Assembly (NCBI GenBank): GCA_002840285.1
Contig: PHAE01000004.1
Coordinates: 7,706-71,705, forward strand
Length of the DNA stretch: 64,000 bases
Direction: 5' to 3'
Source: Firmicutes bacterium HGW-Firmicutes-11
Lineage (GTDB): Bacteria; Bacillota; Clostridia; Peptostreptococcales; Anaerovoracaceae
Shown: one piece after another, positions 20,803 through 29,487 of the stretch
Position numbering within the stretch: the stretch's first letter is position 1
Layout of the letters: each line of letters starts with the position of its first letter
Program-made: the position numbers and the translations under genes
Notes under the pieces: model-generated
What the model was told of the DNA's origin: nothing
What the model saw: only the letters and a program-made list of their open reading frames with translations
Databases searched by the model: none

Positions 20803-20846
20803 GTGGTATGCGGTACAATATCTTATTAAGGCAGTTTGGAGAAACG

Positions 20847-21752
20847 ATGCGCATACTGAAATGGACAACGATCGGGACTGTGGCATTACTGATCTTATTG
20901 GAAGCGATCCTCTTTTCCCGGGCCGGTTTTTTTGACCCGGGATTTACCCAGGGCTTCGATCAGGGAAAAACCGACTGGGTGTATGCATCCGCAATAGAAG
21001 AGCCAGCTGCGCCAGGAGAACCGGAACAACCATTTGAGCCCGAAGAACCGGTGATTCCTGAAGCGGAGCCAACAGATCCGGAAGAGCCAGAAGCTGAACC
21101 TCCCCAATCACCGGAGACTCCGACAGTCACGCCGAACGACCCAACGACTCCTGTGAGGAAAGTGCTCAGTGTAGAGGAAGCGACGGCGCAGGGGATATTG
21201 CTTTTAGTAAACAAGCAAAACCCGATCGTGCCGGACTACAAGCCGGATGACCTGTCTCCTGTGAAGTACTACGCAGAAAACCGGACCGCTGCCAGCCGCT
21301 ACCTCAGAAGTGAAGCTGCTGATCAGTTTCACCGGATTGTGGAAGCCGCCCGGGACGAAGGCTATACGCTGGTCATGACGACCGCATATCGATCCTACGG
21401 ATTTCAACAGATTCTTTGGAACAACTACGTCGCCGCGGAGGGCGCAGAAGCCGCCGCAAGATACAGCGCAAAACCGGGAGAAAGCGAACACCAGACCGGG
21501 CTGGCAGTGGACGTGACGTCACCTACGGTCGAGTATCAACTGACAAGTTCCTTCGGCGAGACGCCGGAAGGCATATGGCTTGCAGAAAACGCACCACGCT
21601 TCGGCTTCATCATCCGTTATCCACAGGGAAAAGAGCACATCACTGGCTACCTCTATGAACCCTGGCACCTACGCTATGTGGGAGAAGCTGTGGCAACAGA
21701 GATCAGCAGCAACGGTCTGACACTGGAAGAATATTTGGAAAGGAAACAATGA
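20847..21752 (+). CDS. D-alanyl-D-alanine carboxypeptidase family protein (VanY / peptidase M15B)
   Basis: ATG 20847 preceded by GGAG. TM anchor, Pro/Glu-rich linker, then M15B zinc motifs ([19 protein letters not shown]). Confidence 0.8.
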   Translation: MRILKWTTIGTVALLILLEAILFSRAGFFDPGFTQGFDQGKTDWVYASAIEEPAAPGEPEQPFEPEEPVIPEAEPTDPEEPEAEPPQSPETPTVTPNDPTTPVRKVLSVEEATAQGILLLVNKQNPIVPDYKPDDLSPVKYYAENRTAASRYLRSEAADQFHRIVEAARDEGYTLVMTTAYRSYGFQQILWNNYVAAEGAEAAARYSAKPGESEHQTGLAVDVTSPTVEYQLTSSFGETPEGIWLAENAPRFGFIIRYPQGKEHITGYLYEPWHLRYVGEAVATEISSNGLTLEEYLERKQ

Positions 21753-23263
21753 TCATGGCGAACTATTTTGAAGAACCCTCCAGGACGTTCAACGAATATT
21801 TATTGGTCCCCGGGTATTCCTCCACCGATTGCACACCGGACAACGTCAGCCTGAAAACGCCGATCACGAAATTCAAAAAAGATGAGCAGCCTGCAATCGA
21901 GAGCAATATCCCTCTGGTATCGGCGATCATGCAGTCTGTATCCGACGATCGGATGGCGGTGGCTCTGGCGAAAGAAGGAGGGATCGCTTTCATATTTGCT
22001 TCGCAACCCATTGAAAGCCAAGAGGAAATGGTGCGAAAAGTCAAAAGTCACAAAGCCGGCTTTGTCACCAGCGATTCCAACATAAGACCGGATCAGACGC
22101 TGGCAGATATCCTTGCACTCAAGGCCAAAACCGGGCATTCGACCGTTGCGGTCACCGACGATGGAACCGCGGAAGGAAAAGTCTTGGGAATCATCACAAG
22201 CCGGGACTATCGAATCAGCCGGATGTCGCCTGACACCAAAGTGGAAAGCTTTATGACACCTTTTTCCTCTTTGGTATACGCCGAGGAAGGGATCACATTG
22301 TCGGAAGCGAACGATATGCTTTGGGACCATAAGCTCAACGCGCTTCCCATCATAGACAAAAGCGGCAGACTGACCCATTTTGTATTCCGGAAAGATTACG
22401 AAAGTCACAAGGAGAATCCCAACGAGCTCCTTGACAGTGACAAGCGATATATGGTCGGAGCAGGAATCAACACCAGAGACTATAAGGAGCGTGTGCGATC
22501 ACTGGTCGATGCCGGAGCAGACGTTCTTTGCATCGATTCCTCGGAGGGTTTTTCCGAGTGGCAGAAAGTGACGATCGATCACATCCGTAAAGAGTATGGA
22601 GAAGACGTAAAGATCGGCGCGGGCAACATCGTTGACAAAGAGAGTTTTCGGTTCCTGGCGGAAGCCGGCGCCGACTTCATCAAGGTCGGTATCGGCGGCG
22701 GCTCGATCTGCATCACCCGGGAACAAAAGGGGATCGGCAGAGGGCAGGCAACGGCGGTGATCGAAGTTGCAAAAGCCAGAAACGATTACTACAAGGAAAC
22801 CGGCATCTACATTCCCATTTGCTCCGACGGCGGCATCGTGTACGACTACCACATGACCCTGGCTCTCGCAATGGGCGCCGATTTTCTCATGCTTGGCCGC
22901 TATTTTTCCCGCTTTGATGAAAGCCCGACCAACAAACTCAATATCAATGGGAACTACGTGAAGGAATACTGGGGCGAGGGAAGCAACCGGGCAAGGAACT
23001 GGCAACGCTACGACATGGGAGGCGATGAGAAGCTTTCTTTCGAAGAAGGGGTAGATTCCTACGTTCCCTACGCGGGCAGCCTGAAGGACAACGTCAAACT
23101 ATCGTTGAACAAGGTCAGGTCCACCATGTGCAACTGCGGTGCGCTGACCATTCAAGAACTGCAGAACAACGCGAAACTGACCTTGGTATCCGCCACCAGC
23201 ATCGTAGAAGGCGGAGCCCACGATGTCATACTGAAGGAAAGCACCAATAGCCAGGCCAGATAA
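21749..23263 (+). CDS. guaB: IMP dehydrogenase
   Basis: 504 aa. TIM barrel with CBS pair insert and catalytic loop [11 protein letters not shown]. Confidence 0.9.
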   Translation: MIMANYFEEPSRTFNEYLLVPGYSSTDCTPDNVSLKTPITKFKKDEQPAIESNIPLVSAIMQSVSDDRMAVALAKEGGIAFIFASQPIESQEEMVRKVKSHKAGFVTSDSNIRPDQTLADILALKAKTGHSTVAVTDDGTAEGKVLGIITSRDYRISRMSPDTKVESFMTPFSSLVYAEEGITLSEANDMLWDHKLNALPIIDKSGRLTHFVFRKDYESHKENPNELLDSDKRYMVGAGINTRDYKERVRSLVDAGADVLCIDSSEGFSEWQKVTIDHIRKEYGEDVKIGAGNIVDKESFRFLAEAGADFIKVGIGGGSICITREQKGIGRGQATAVIEVAKARNDYYKETGIYIPICSDGGIVYDYHMTLALAMGADFLMLGRYFSRFDESPTNKLNINGNYVKEYWGEGSNRARNWQRYDMGGDEKLSFEEGVDSYVPYAGSLKDNVKLSLNKVRSTMCNCGALTIQELQNNAKLTLVSATSIVEGGAHDVILKESTNSQAR

Positions 23264-23289
23264 CTCATTTGACAGGAAAGGACATGCGT

Positions 23290-24831
23290 ATGAACCACCA
23301 AAAAGTGATCGTCGCCGATTTCGGCGGACAGTATAACCAGTTGATCGCAAGAAGAGTCCGGGAAGAGAACGTCTATTGTGAGATCGTGTCCTATTCCCGA
23401 TTGATGGAGTCGATCCAGACAGAACGGCCAATGGGCGTGATCCTGACCGGCGGCCCCAACAGCGTTTATCTCGAAGGAGCGCCGTTGTTGCCGGCAGAGT
23501 TCTTCCGGATGGGGATCCCGGTCCTTGGCATTTGTTACGGTGCCCAGCTGATGGCCCACGTCCTTGGCGGCAGCGTCGCAAGCCCGGATAATAAAGAATA
23601 TGGTAGGGTGAAGATCAGCACCGAAGACAGCGAGCTGTATCACGGTATCGGAAGCGACGAGGTCTGCTGGATGAGCCACACCGACTATATCGAGCGTGTA
23701 CCGGAAGGGTTTCGTGTATCGGCGATCACCGAAAACTGTCCCACCGCCTCGATGGAAGACCCGGCGGCAAAGCTCTATGCAGTGCAGTTTCATCCGGAAG
23801 TCCATCACACTCCCTTCGGACAGACGTTGCTCCGCAACTTTCTAACCCGTGTCTGTGGTTGCGTCGGCGACTGGACCATGGACACCTTTGCCCGGGACAA
23901 GATACAGGAAGTCAAAGAAACCGTTGGAGACAAAAAGGTGATCTGCGGTCTTTCCGGCGGAGTGGATTCTTCCGTCGCCTCCGTATTGGTCCACGAAGCC
24001 ATCGGCGACAACCTGGTCTGCATTTTCGTTGACCACGGCCTGCTGCGCAAGGACGAAGGCGATCAAGTCGAAGAGGTTTTCGGTAACCAATTCCAGATGC
24101 GCCTGATCCGAGTCAACGCCAAAGACCGTTTCCTGTCCAAGCTTTCCGGAGTGACCGATCCGGAGAAGAAGCGGAAAATCATCGGAGAAGAATTCATTCG
24201 CGTCTTCGAAGAAGAAGCAGCGAAACTGTACCAATCTCTGGGAGATATCGCATATCTCCTGCAGGGAACCATATATCCTGACGTGGTCGAAAGCGGCGTC
24301 GGAGAATCGGCGATGATCAAGAGCCATCACAACGTGGGTGGCCTGCCGGACGATGTCGACTTCACCTTGCTCGAGCCTCTGCGCCTCCTGTTCAAAGACG
24401 AGGTCCGCAAAGTCGGCGAAGAGCTGGGGATCGCCAGCGAGCTAGTCTGGCGTCAGCCATTTCCCGGCCCCGGACTCGCTGTTCGCTGTTTAGGAGAGAT
24501 CACAGAAGAAAAGCTTGAGATCCTCCGGGAGTCGGATTTCATCTTGAGGGATGAAATCAAAAAAGCCGGCTTAGAGCGAGAGATCTGGCAGTACTTCACC
24601 GTGCTCCCCAATGTCAAAAGCGTCGGCGTCATGGGCGATTACCGTACCTACGACCACACCGTCGGCATCCGCGCTGTCACCTCCGTCGATGGCATGACCG
24701 GCGACTGGGCCCGGATCCCCTTTGAAGTCCTTGAAAAAATAAGTAATCGAATCGTCAACGAAGTCAAAGGCGTAAATCGCATCGTATATGACATCACAAG
24801 TAAGCCACCCAGTACGATTGAGTGGGAGTAA
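23290..24831 (+). CDS. guaA: GMP synthase (glutamine-hydrolysing)
   Basis: GATase domain ([16 protein letters not shown]), ATP-PPase SGGVDSS motif, and conserved C-terminus ...[11 protein letters not shown] 23290 has the best RBS spacing (AGGAAAGGA); the track start is 23269. Confidence 0.95.
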   Translation: MNHQKVIVADFGGQYNQLIARRVREENVYCEIVSYSRLMESIQTERPMGVILTGGPNSVYLEGAPLLPAEFFRMGIPVLGICYGAQLMAHVLGGSVASPDNKEYGRVKISTEDSELYHGIGSDEVCWMSHTDYIERVPEGFRVSAITENCPTASMEDPAAKLYAVQFHPEVHHTPFGQTLLRNFLTRVCGCVGDWTMDTFARDKIQEVKETVGDKKVICGLSGGVDSSVASVLVHEAIGDNLVCIFVDHGLLRKDEGDQVEEVFGNQFQMRLIRVNAKDRFLSKLSGVTDPEKKRKIIGEEFIRVFEEEAAKLYQSLGDIAYLLQGTIYPDVVESGVGESAMIKSHHNVGGLPDDVDFTLLEPLRLLFKDEVRKVGEELGIASELVWRQPFPGPGLAVRCLGEITEEKLEILRESDFILRDEIKKAGLEREIWQYFTVLPNVKSVGVMGDYRTYDHTVGIRAVTSVDGMTGDWARIPFEVLEKISNRIVNEVKGVNRIVYDITSKPPSTIEWE

Positions 24832-25180
24832 TACCCAATTCGGCAAGCCCGAAGGGAGCCGCCGAATTGTTGGTATTACCCCCGTCAGGGTTGGCGAGAC
24901 TTTTATGAGCGAAGTGATATAAAAGTCCGCAACCTACGGCGCAACAGAACCCAATTCGGCAAGCCCGAAGGGAGCCGCCGAATTGTTGGTATTACCCCCG
25001 TCAGGGTTAGCGAGACTTTTAAGCGAAGCGAAAAAAGTCCGCAACCTACGGCGCAACAGAACCCAATTCAGCAATCCCGAAGGGAGCCGCCGAATTGTTG
25101 GTATTACCCCCGTCAGGGTTGGCGAGACTTTTAAGCGAAGCGAAAAAAGTCCGCAACCTACGGCGCAACAGGACCCAATT
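24832..25180 (+). repeat. tandem array of three complete 112-116 bp units plus the first 7 nt of a fourth
   Basis: The word CCCAATT recurs at 24834, 24950, 25062 and 25174 (periods 116, 112, 112). Units are near-identical and each contains several hairpins. The array begins 1 nt after the guaA stop. Confidence 0.9.
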
Positions 25181-25212
25181 TAAAATCTTTTTATAGACAG
25201 GGTACAACGATA

Positions 25213-25532
25213 GTTGTCTCATTGCTTAGCAGTCACCCCCATTGAGACAACAATCCACGGGAACTTGATTGATTTTGGTCCGAGACTCCGCACCTTATGC
25301 CCATCAGCAGTTCTGGCGAAAGTTTAGTTGTCTTTTGGCGGACGGGAAAATAAAATTGAGACAACAAATTCAGTTCAACGGCAGAATGATGTTGTCTTAA
25401 ATCCCTCAAGTCGATGAGAAAAGACAACTAAGCCCGAAAAATGAACCAAAGGAAGTCAGTCATGTGACAAACACCCCTATTTTGAGCAAGAAAGTTGTCT
25501 CTAAGGATCTTAAGACCAAATTGAAAGACAAC
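25213..25532. repeat. cluster of four inverted repeats GTTGTCT-N24/25-AGACAAC
   Basis: GTTGTCT at 25213, 25327, 25391, 25494. AGACAAC at 25245, 25359, 25422, 25526. Orientation strictly alternates, with arm-to-arm offsets of 32, 32, 31 and 32 bp. Confidence 0.8.
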
Positions 25533-25573
25533 TAAGCCGGGCAGAACCTATAGGGCGGATAGCATTAAACATA

Positions 25574-25608
25574 GGGACGGTCTCTTTTTAAGAATCGAGA
25601 ACCGTCCG
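25574..25608. other. hairpin GGACGGTCTC-N12-GAGAACCGTCC (related to the 27198-27253 hairpin)
   Basis: Imperfect 10/11-bp stem followed by GTTTC. Shares the GGGACGGT(T)CTC / GAGAACCGTCC word with the hairpin at 27198-27253. Confidence 0.4.
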
Positions 25609-25628
25609 TTTCATTCAATTGCACATTA

Positions 25629-25669
25629 GAATTTGTAGGTATTACCCCGCCAGGGTTAGCGATAGCTTT
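25629..25669 (+). repeat. degenerate partial copy of the guaA-proximal repeat unit (distal part of the interrupted fourth unit)
   Basis: GAATTTGTAGGTATTACCCCGCCAGGGTTAGCGATAGCTTT aligns to the unit segment GAATTGTTGGTATTACCCCCGTCAGGGTTAGCGAGACTTTT with a few mismatches or indels. Confidence 0.6.
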
Positions 25670-25769
25670 GATGATAAATGATGCTGCTGCAATAGGTGAT
25701 TCCATTGAATGCCAATGACGACGGAGGTATTCGACTCACAAAGGTCTCAAGAAACACACGAGGTGCAAA

Positions 25770-26696
25770 ATGAAACGAAGCGATGAACGAGACATCATGT
25801 TTTCGCGAATGGCAAGAAAGCCAAACACGAAAGAATATGACCAGTATTATTCCCTTCATCCAGAGCTCCTTGAAATTGATGATACACTGCGAGCACAAAT
25901 GCCGATCGGGAAGCCTGGCGACCGCTTTTATGATTCGCTAAAGACCTCTACGGTGGATGCAGCCTTTCAGTTTCTGGATAGCATCAAACCTCTTGTCGAA
26001 GGTCCAACGGCTTCAAAGATTCTCACCACTGGGACTGCGGAAGATTTCACTGCCCACATTAAAAGCATTGCCGAATTGTATGGTGCCAGTGTGACCGGAG
26101 TAGCAAAGAGCGACGAATCCTTTTACTATTCACATCGAGGTCGTACCGATCAGGTATATGGAGATTCTGTCAGCATAGATAATTGGCCCCATACCATCGT
26201 GTTTGCTGTCCCGATGAATGAAGCTATGATCCGAAAGGCTCCAAAAGCAGAAGAGAGTATAGCTGTGACCCAAGGGTATGTTCAGGCTGCTATCGTTGGG
26301 ATGATACTCACATACACAATAAAGGCGTTTGGCTATGAAGCCAGAAACCACATGGATGGGAATTACCTTTGTACTTTGCCACTCGCTGCAAAAGCAGCTG
26401 GTATAGGGGATATTGGGCAGCATGGCCTGATCATAACAGAGGCGCATGGTCCAAGAGTGAGACTTGGCGCGGTATCTACAAATCTACCCCTGGTAAACGA
26501 TCCACCATTTTCAAAGTCAATTGCGCCGATTTGCGAGACATGCCGAAGATGTGTCAGAAACTGTCCATCAAAAGCTATTCCTAATGACATTTTGGCAACG
26601 ATCACACAGGAAAAGTGCTTTGAAAAGTGGTTGGAATACGGAACCGATTGCGGTATTTGTCTTTCGGTGTGCCCGGGATTTGACGAAGGGAAGTGA
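25770..26696 (+). CDS. reductive dehalogenase / epoxyqueuosine reductase (QueG)-family Fe-S protein, cytoplasmic type
   Basis: 308 aa. C-terminal CETCRRCVRNCP and CGICLSVCP ferredoxin-type motifs after an RdhA/QueG-like core. No Tat signal. GC content is visibly lower than in the flanking genes. Confidence 0.65.
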   Translation: MKRSDERDIMFSRMARKPNTKEYDQYYSLHPELLEIDDTLRAQMPIGKPGDRFYDSLKTSTVDAAFQFLDSIKPLVEGPTASKILTTGTAEDFTAHIKSIAELYGASVTGVAKSDESFYYSHRGRTDQVYGDSVSIDNWPHTIVFAVPMNEAMIRKAPKAEESIAVTQGYVQAAIVGMILTYTIKAFGYEARNHMDGNYLCTLPLAAKAAGIGDIGQHGLIITEAHGPRVRLGAVSTNLPLVNDPPFSKSIAPICETCRRCVRNCPSKAIPNDILATITQEKCFEKWLEYGTDCGICLSVCPGFDEGK

Positions 26697-26700
26697 AGTG

Positions 26701-27192
26701 ATGAACAAAGATATTTCAAAATGTATCGAAGTTTATAAAGACCAACTTGAACTAGGCGATATACAAGTAGCATACTCAGCATTAATGAAGTATATGGCAG
26801 AATTAAAGACGAAATTTCCACAGCAGTATTTGACAGGTCATATTTCCTTTGGATCTTTGGATTTTACATATTTTTCTTTTTACAATCAATACTTAAGAAA
26901 TCACAAACTCCGATTTGGAATCATACTAAATCATAAAAAAATGCAGATTGAGCTGTGGTTGATGGGACAAAATGCTTCGATCCAAAAAACGTATTGGGAG
27001 ATTTTGAAAAACACAGATTGGAATAAAAATCGAAAAGCGATGCCAAAATACTCAGTGTTGGAGATTTGCTTAGTAGATGAATTAGATTTTGAGCACAAGG
27101 ACAAAATGACAGCAACAATACTTGGAAAAGCAAATTCCTTAGCAATTCAAATCGAAAAATTTCTTGTAGAGCAAGGATCGAACAAGGGATAA
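26701..27192 (+). CDS. hypothetical protein (163 aa), AT-rich gene
   Basis: ATG 26701 lies 4 nt after the preceding stop; the 26521 track start would overlap the upstream gene by 176 nt. Coherent Lys/Asn-rich composition, no motif recognised. Confidence 0.6.
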   Translation: MNKDISKCIEVYKDQLELGDIQVAYSALMKYMAELKTKFPQQYLTGHISFGSLDFTYFSFYNQYLRNHKLRFGIILNHKKMQIELWLMGQNASIQKTYWEILKNTDWNKNRKAMPKYSVLEICLVDELDFEHKDKMTATILGKANSLAIQIEKFLVEQGSNKG

Positions 27193-27197
27193 ACAGA

Positions 27198-27253
27198 GCA
27201 GAACGAAGGGACGGTTCTCTGTTGTAAAACAGAGAACCGTCCCTTCGTTCTGC
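27198..27253. terminator. 24-bp perfect-stem hairpin between convergent genes (probable bidirectional terminator)
   Basis: GCAGAACGAAGGGACGGTTCTCTG-TTGTAAAA-CAGAGAACCGTCCCTTCGTTCTGC. No strong U-tract on either side. Confidence 0.6.
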
Positions 27254-27307
27254 AGCACCTTTGCTCTGCGCTGTTATCCCCCTGCTCGTTCCCCCTTGTG
27301 TCGTTGA

Positions 27308-27667
27308 TCAGTGGCTGCAGCCGTTCGCATGTGCATGGCAGGAATCGCCGGAGTCCACAAGGGATCCATCCAGCCATTTCTCCACGACTTCTTTCACGTC
27401 ACCTGAGCAGCCGCGCAGGACGTCTATGCCGGAGTCGTTCAAAACCATTACGGCGCCTTCGCCCATGTTTCCGGCAAGCATGACGGTCACGCCTGCTTCC
27501 GCCAGGATCGATGCGATATTTGATTTGCACCCGCAGCCTGCCGGTGATACTATAGTCTCAAGGGAAATGATCTCTTTGTTGTCATTGACAGTAAACACAC
27601 TGAAGTACTCACAGTGGCCAAAATGGTCGTCGATCATGTTCTGTCGTGACGGCAATGCTATTTTCAT
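27308..27667 (-). CDS. NifB/NifX-family (dinitrogenase FeMo-cofactor-binding-like) protein
   Basis: 119 aa. Pattern MKIALPS...DDHFGHCEYF...GV.V.LAGNMG is typical of the Nitro_FeMo-Co family. Cys/His-rich tail. Confidence 0.8.
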   Translation of the reverse strand: MKIALPSRQNMIDDHFGHCEYFSVFTVNDNKEIISLETIVSPAGCGCKSNIASILAEAGVTVMLAGNMGEGAVMVLNDSGIDVLRGCSGDVKEVVEKWLDGSLVDSGDSCHAHANGCSH

Positions 27668-27715
27668 ACGATATCCTCCTGATTTGTTTATAGCATCAAT
27701 GATACATCAATTTTA

Positions 27716-27727
27716 TGACATATGTCA
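27716..27727. promoter_or_regulatory. 12-bp perfect palindrome TGACATATGTCA in a divergent promoter region
   Basis: Read directly in the sequence. Lies 22 nt upstream of the DUF134 start codon and 49 nt upstream of the divergent NifX-like gene. Confidence 0.3.
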
Positions 27728-27748
27728 AATTAAATAGGAGAACCAATT

Positions 27749-28090
27749 ATGCCAAGACCAAGGAAATGCAGGAAAGTATGTTGTCTACCATTGAGCAATC
27801 AATTTGGTCCGTTGGGCGACTCGGTTCACAACGTCGGATTCGTCACGATGACGGTCGACGAATATGAGACGATCCGGCTCATCGATTGGGAAGCGCTGAC
27901 ACAAGAGCAGTGCGCCGCCCAAATGAACATCGCCCGCACCACAGTGCAGGGCATCTATGATGGAGCAAGAAGAAAGATCGCGGAAGCATTGGTGTTTCAG
28001 AAAATCCTTCGGATCGAAGGTGGTGATTACGAGCTTCATCATGGAAAGGGTTCGTCGAAATGCAGTGTTGACGATTGCTGCAAACGGTGA
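27749..28090 (+). CDS. DUF134 (UPF0251) family putative DNA-binding protein
   Basis: Characteristic N-terminus [10 protein letters not shown] plus a sigma-70 region-4-like HTH ([19 protein letters not shown]). Confidence 0.8.
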   Translation: MPRPRKCRKVCCLPLSNQFGPLGDSVHNVGFVTMTVDEYETIRLIDWEALTQEQCAAQMNIARTTVQGIYDGARRKIAEALVFQKILRIEGGDYELHHGKGSSKCSVDDCCKR

Positions 28091-28108
28091 TAGAAAGGAA
28101 GCGGAGTC

Positions 28109-28417
28109 ATGTCAAGAAAAACTATGATCGGTCTTTTACTTTTCGTCGGAATGCTCATCCTTATGACCGGATGCATTCCAGGGGACGGGTCTTACACCCT
28201 TGGGCGACCTGCAGGGTTTCTCTGGGGAATCTGGCATGGATGGATCGCGCCGATCTCTTTGATCATCGGTATTTTTGATCAGAACATCAGAATCTATGAG
28301 GTGGTCAACACCGGTTGGTGGTATGATCTTGGTTTCTATATTGCGATCATCAGCGGATTCGGCGGATTGTCCTTGTCGCGCAAGAAGAAAAGAAAAAAAT
28401 TCAAAGAGAACGCGTGA
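28109..28417 (+). CDS. small membrane lipoprotein, function unknown
   Basis: 102 aa. Lipobox LMTGC, two further hydrophobic helices rich in Trp/Gly, and a poly-Lys tail. Its stop overlaps the start of the next gene. Confidence 0.55.
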   Translation: MSRKTMIGLLLFVGMLILMTGCIPGDGSYTLGRPAGFLWGIWHGWIAPISLIIGIFDQNIRIYEVVNTGWWYDLGFYIAIISGFGGLSLSRKKKRKKFKENA

Positions 28418-29421
28418 TGGAACAAGCAACATATTTCCTGTTCTTTGGTCTTGGACTTTCAATGATCATCAAGGGTAGCGACTGGTTCATCGATTCCGTC
28501 ATCTGGATCGCATCGGTTTTTAGAATCCCGCATATAATAATTGGGGCTACGATCGTCAGCATTTGCACCACTTTACCGGAAACGCTGGTGGCGGTCACTG
28601 CTGCAGCCAAGGGTGTGACTGACATCGCCTTTGGAAACGCCATCGGATCGATCGCGATCAATACCGGTGTTGTTTTGGCGATGATCATTGTATTTTCCCG
28701 GCCACGCATAGAAGATCCGGCGACGTTTGTCAGAAATGGGATTTCCTTGATCGTCGTCATCGTTTTCACGTGGATGATGGGTTTGCTCTATGGCGAAATT
28801 TCAAGACTGGCAGGCGTCATTCTTGTTGGGTCGTTCGCCTATTTTATCGTCAGCAACTATAGGCAAGCAAAAAAAATGATGCATGCGAGAGAAGACGAAA
28901 GCGACAGGGATGATATCGACAAGTCAAGAAAGAACAAATTGATCAAAGTGCTCCTGTTCAGCATCGGCATCTCACTCGTGATCATTGGCTCAAACCTTTT
29001 AGTGGACAATGGAATCGAGATCGCAAAGATTCTCGGTGTTCCCCCCCTGGTGATCGCGATCGTATTCACATCGCTAGGCACCTCTCTTCCAGAACTTGTG
29101 ACTGCGATCACATCCATTCGAAAGAAAGTCACCGGTCTTGGCGTTGGCAATATCATCGGCGCCAACATTCTAAACATCGTTCAGGCGATCGGAATCGCTT
29201 CCCTTGTCCGACCCATCGATCTTGCAGGAGATCCCAGCATATTGCCATTTCAATTTCCGCTTACATTGGCGATCGTTACCTGCGCTGTGGTGTTCGGTGT
29301 CGCAACCAGGAATGGATACCAACGCTGGCATGGGATATTGATCTTTGGACTGTATCTGGTATTCCTGGTCGTAAATTTGTTGAGAGAAAACACACCGATC
29401 CTGGGACCGATCCTGTTTTAA
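28414..29421 (+). CDS. calcium/sodium antiporter (CaCA family, YrbG-like)
   Basis: 335 aa. Two internal alpha-repeat motifs (GTTLPE / GTSLPELV, then GNAIGS / GNIIGAN) separated by a charged loop. Confidence 0.85.
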   Translation: MMEQATYFLFFGLGLSMIIKGSDWFIDSVIWIASVFRIPHIIIGATIVSICTTLPETLVAVTAAAKGVTDIAFGNAIGSIAINTGVVLAMIIVFSRPRIEDPATFVRNGISLIVVIVFTWMMGLLYGEISRLAGVILVGSFAYFIVSNYRQAKKMMHAREDESDRDDIDKSRKNKLIKVLLFSIGISLVIIGSNLLVDNGIEIAKILGVPPLVIAIVFTSLGTSLPELVTAITSIRKKVTGLGVGNIIGANILNIVQAIGIASLVRPIDLAGDPSILPFQFPLTLAIVTCAVVFGVATRNGYQRWHGILIFGLYLVFLVVNLLRENTPILGPILF

Positions 29422-29487
29422 CGAATTGCCACAGGCTCTCTTGTTATGATATACTGCTCTGAAATACTTGAAAGCAGAGGAAACGAA

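Noticed and set aside
24832-25180. Possible CRISPR array downstream of guaA
   Set aside because: The units are 112-116 bp and directly contiguous with no unique spacers. There is no leader and there are no cas genes. This is a tandem repeat, not a CRISPR array.
24983-25183. 66-aa ORF across the tandem repeats
   Set aside because: The repeat period (112 bp) is not divisible by 3, so the frame changes from unit to unit. There is no RBS. It is an artefact of the repeat sequence.
25233-25427. 64-aa minus-strand ORF across the GTTGTCT/AGACAAC cluster
   Set aside because: No RBS. Its recurring LSQ tripeptides are just translations of the TTGTCTCAA repeat arm. Nothing supports coding.
25213-25532. 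Integron attC-like sites (GTT...AAC inverted cores)
   Set aside because: The arms do not fit the GTTRRRY / RYYYAAC core consensus. The would-be cassettes are 60-110 bp with no ORFs, and no intI integrase or attI site is nearby.
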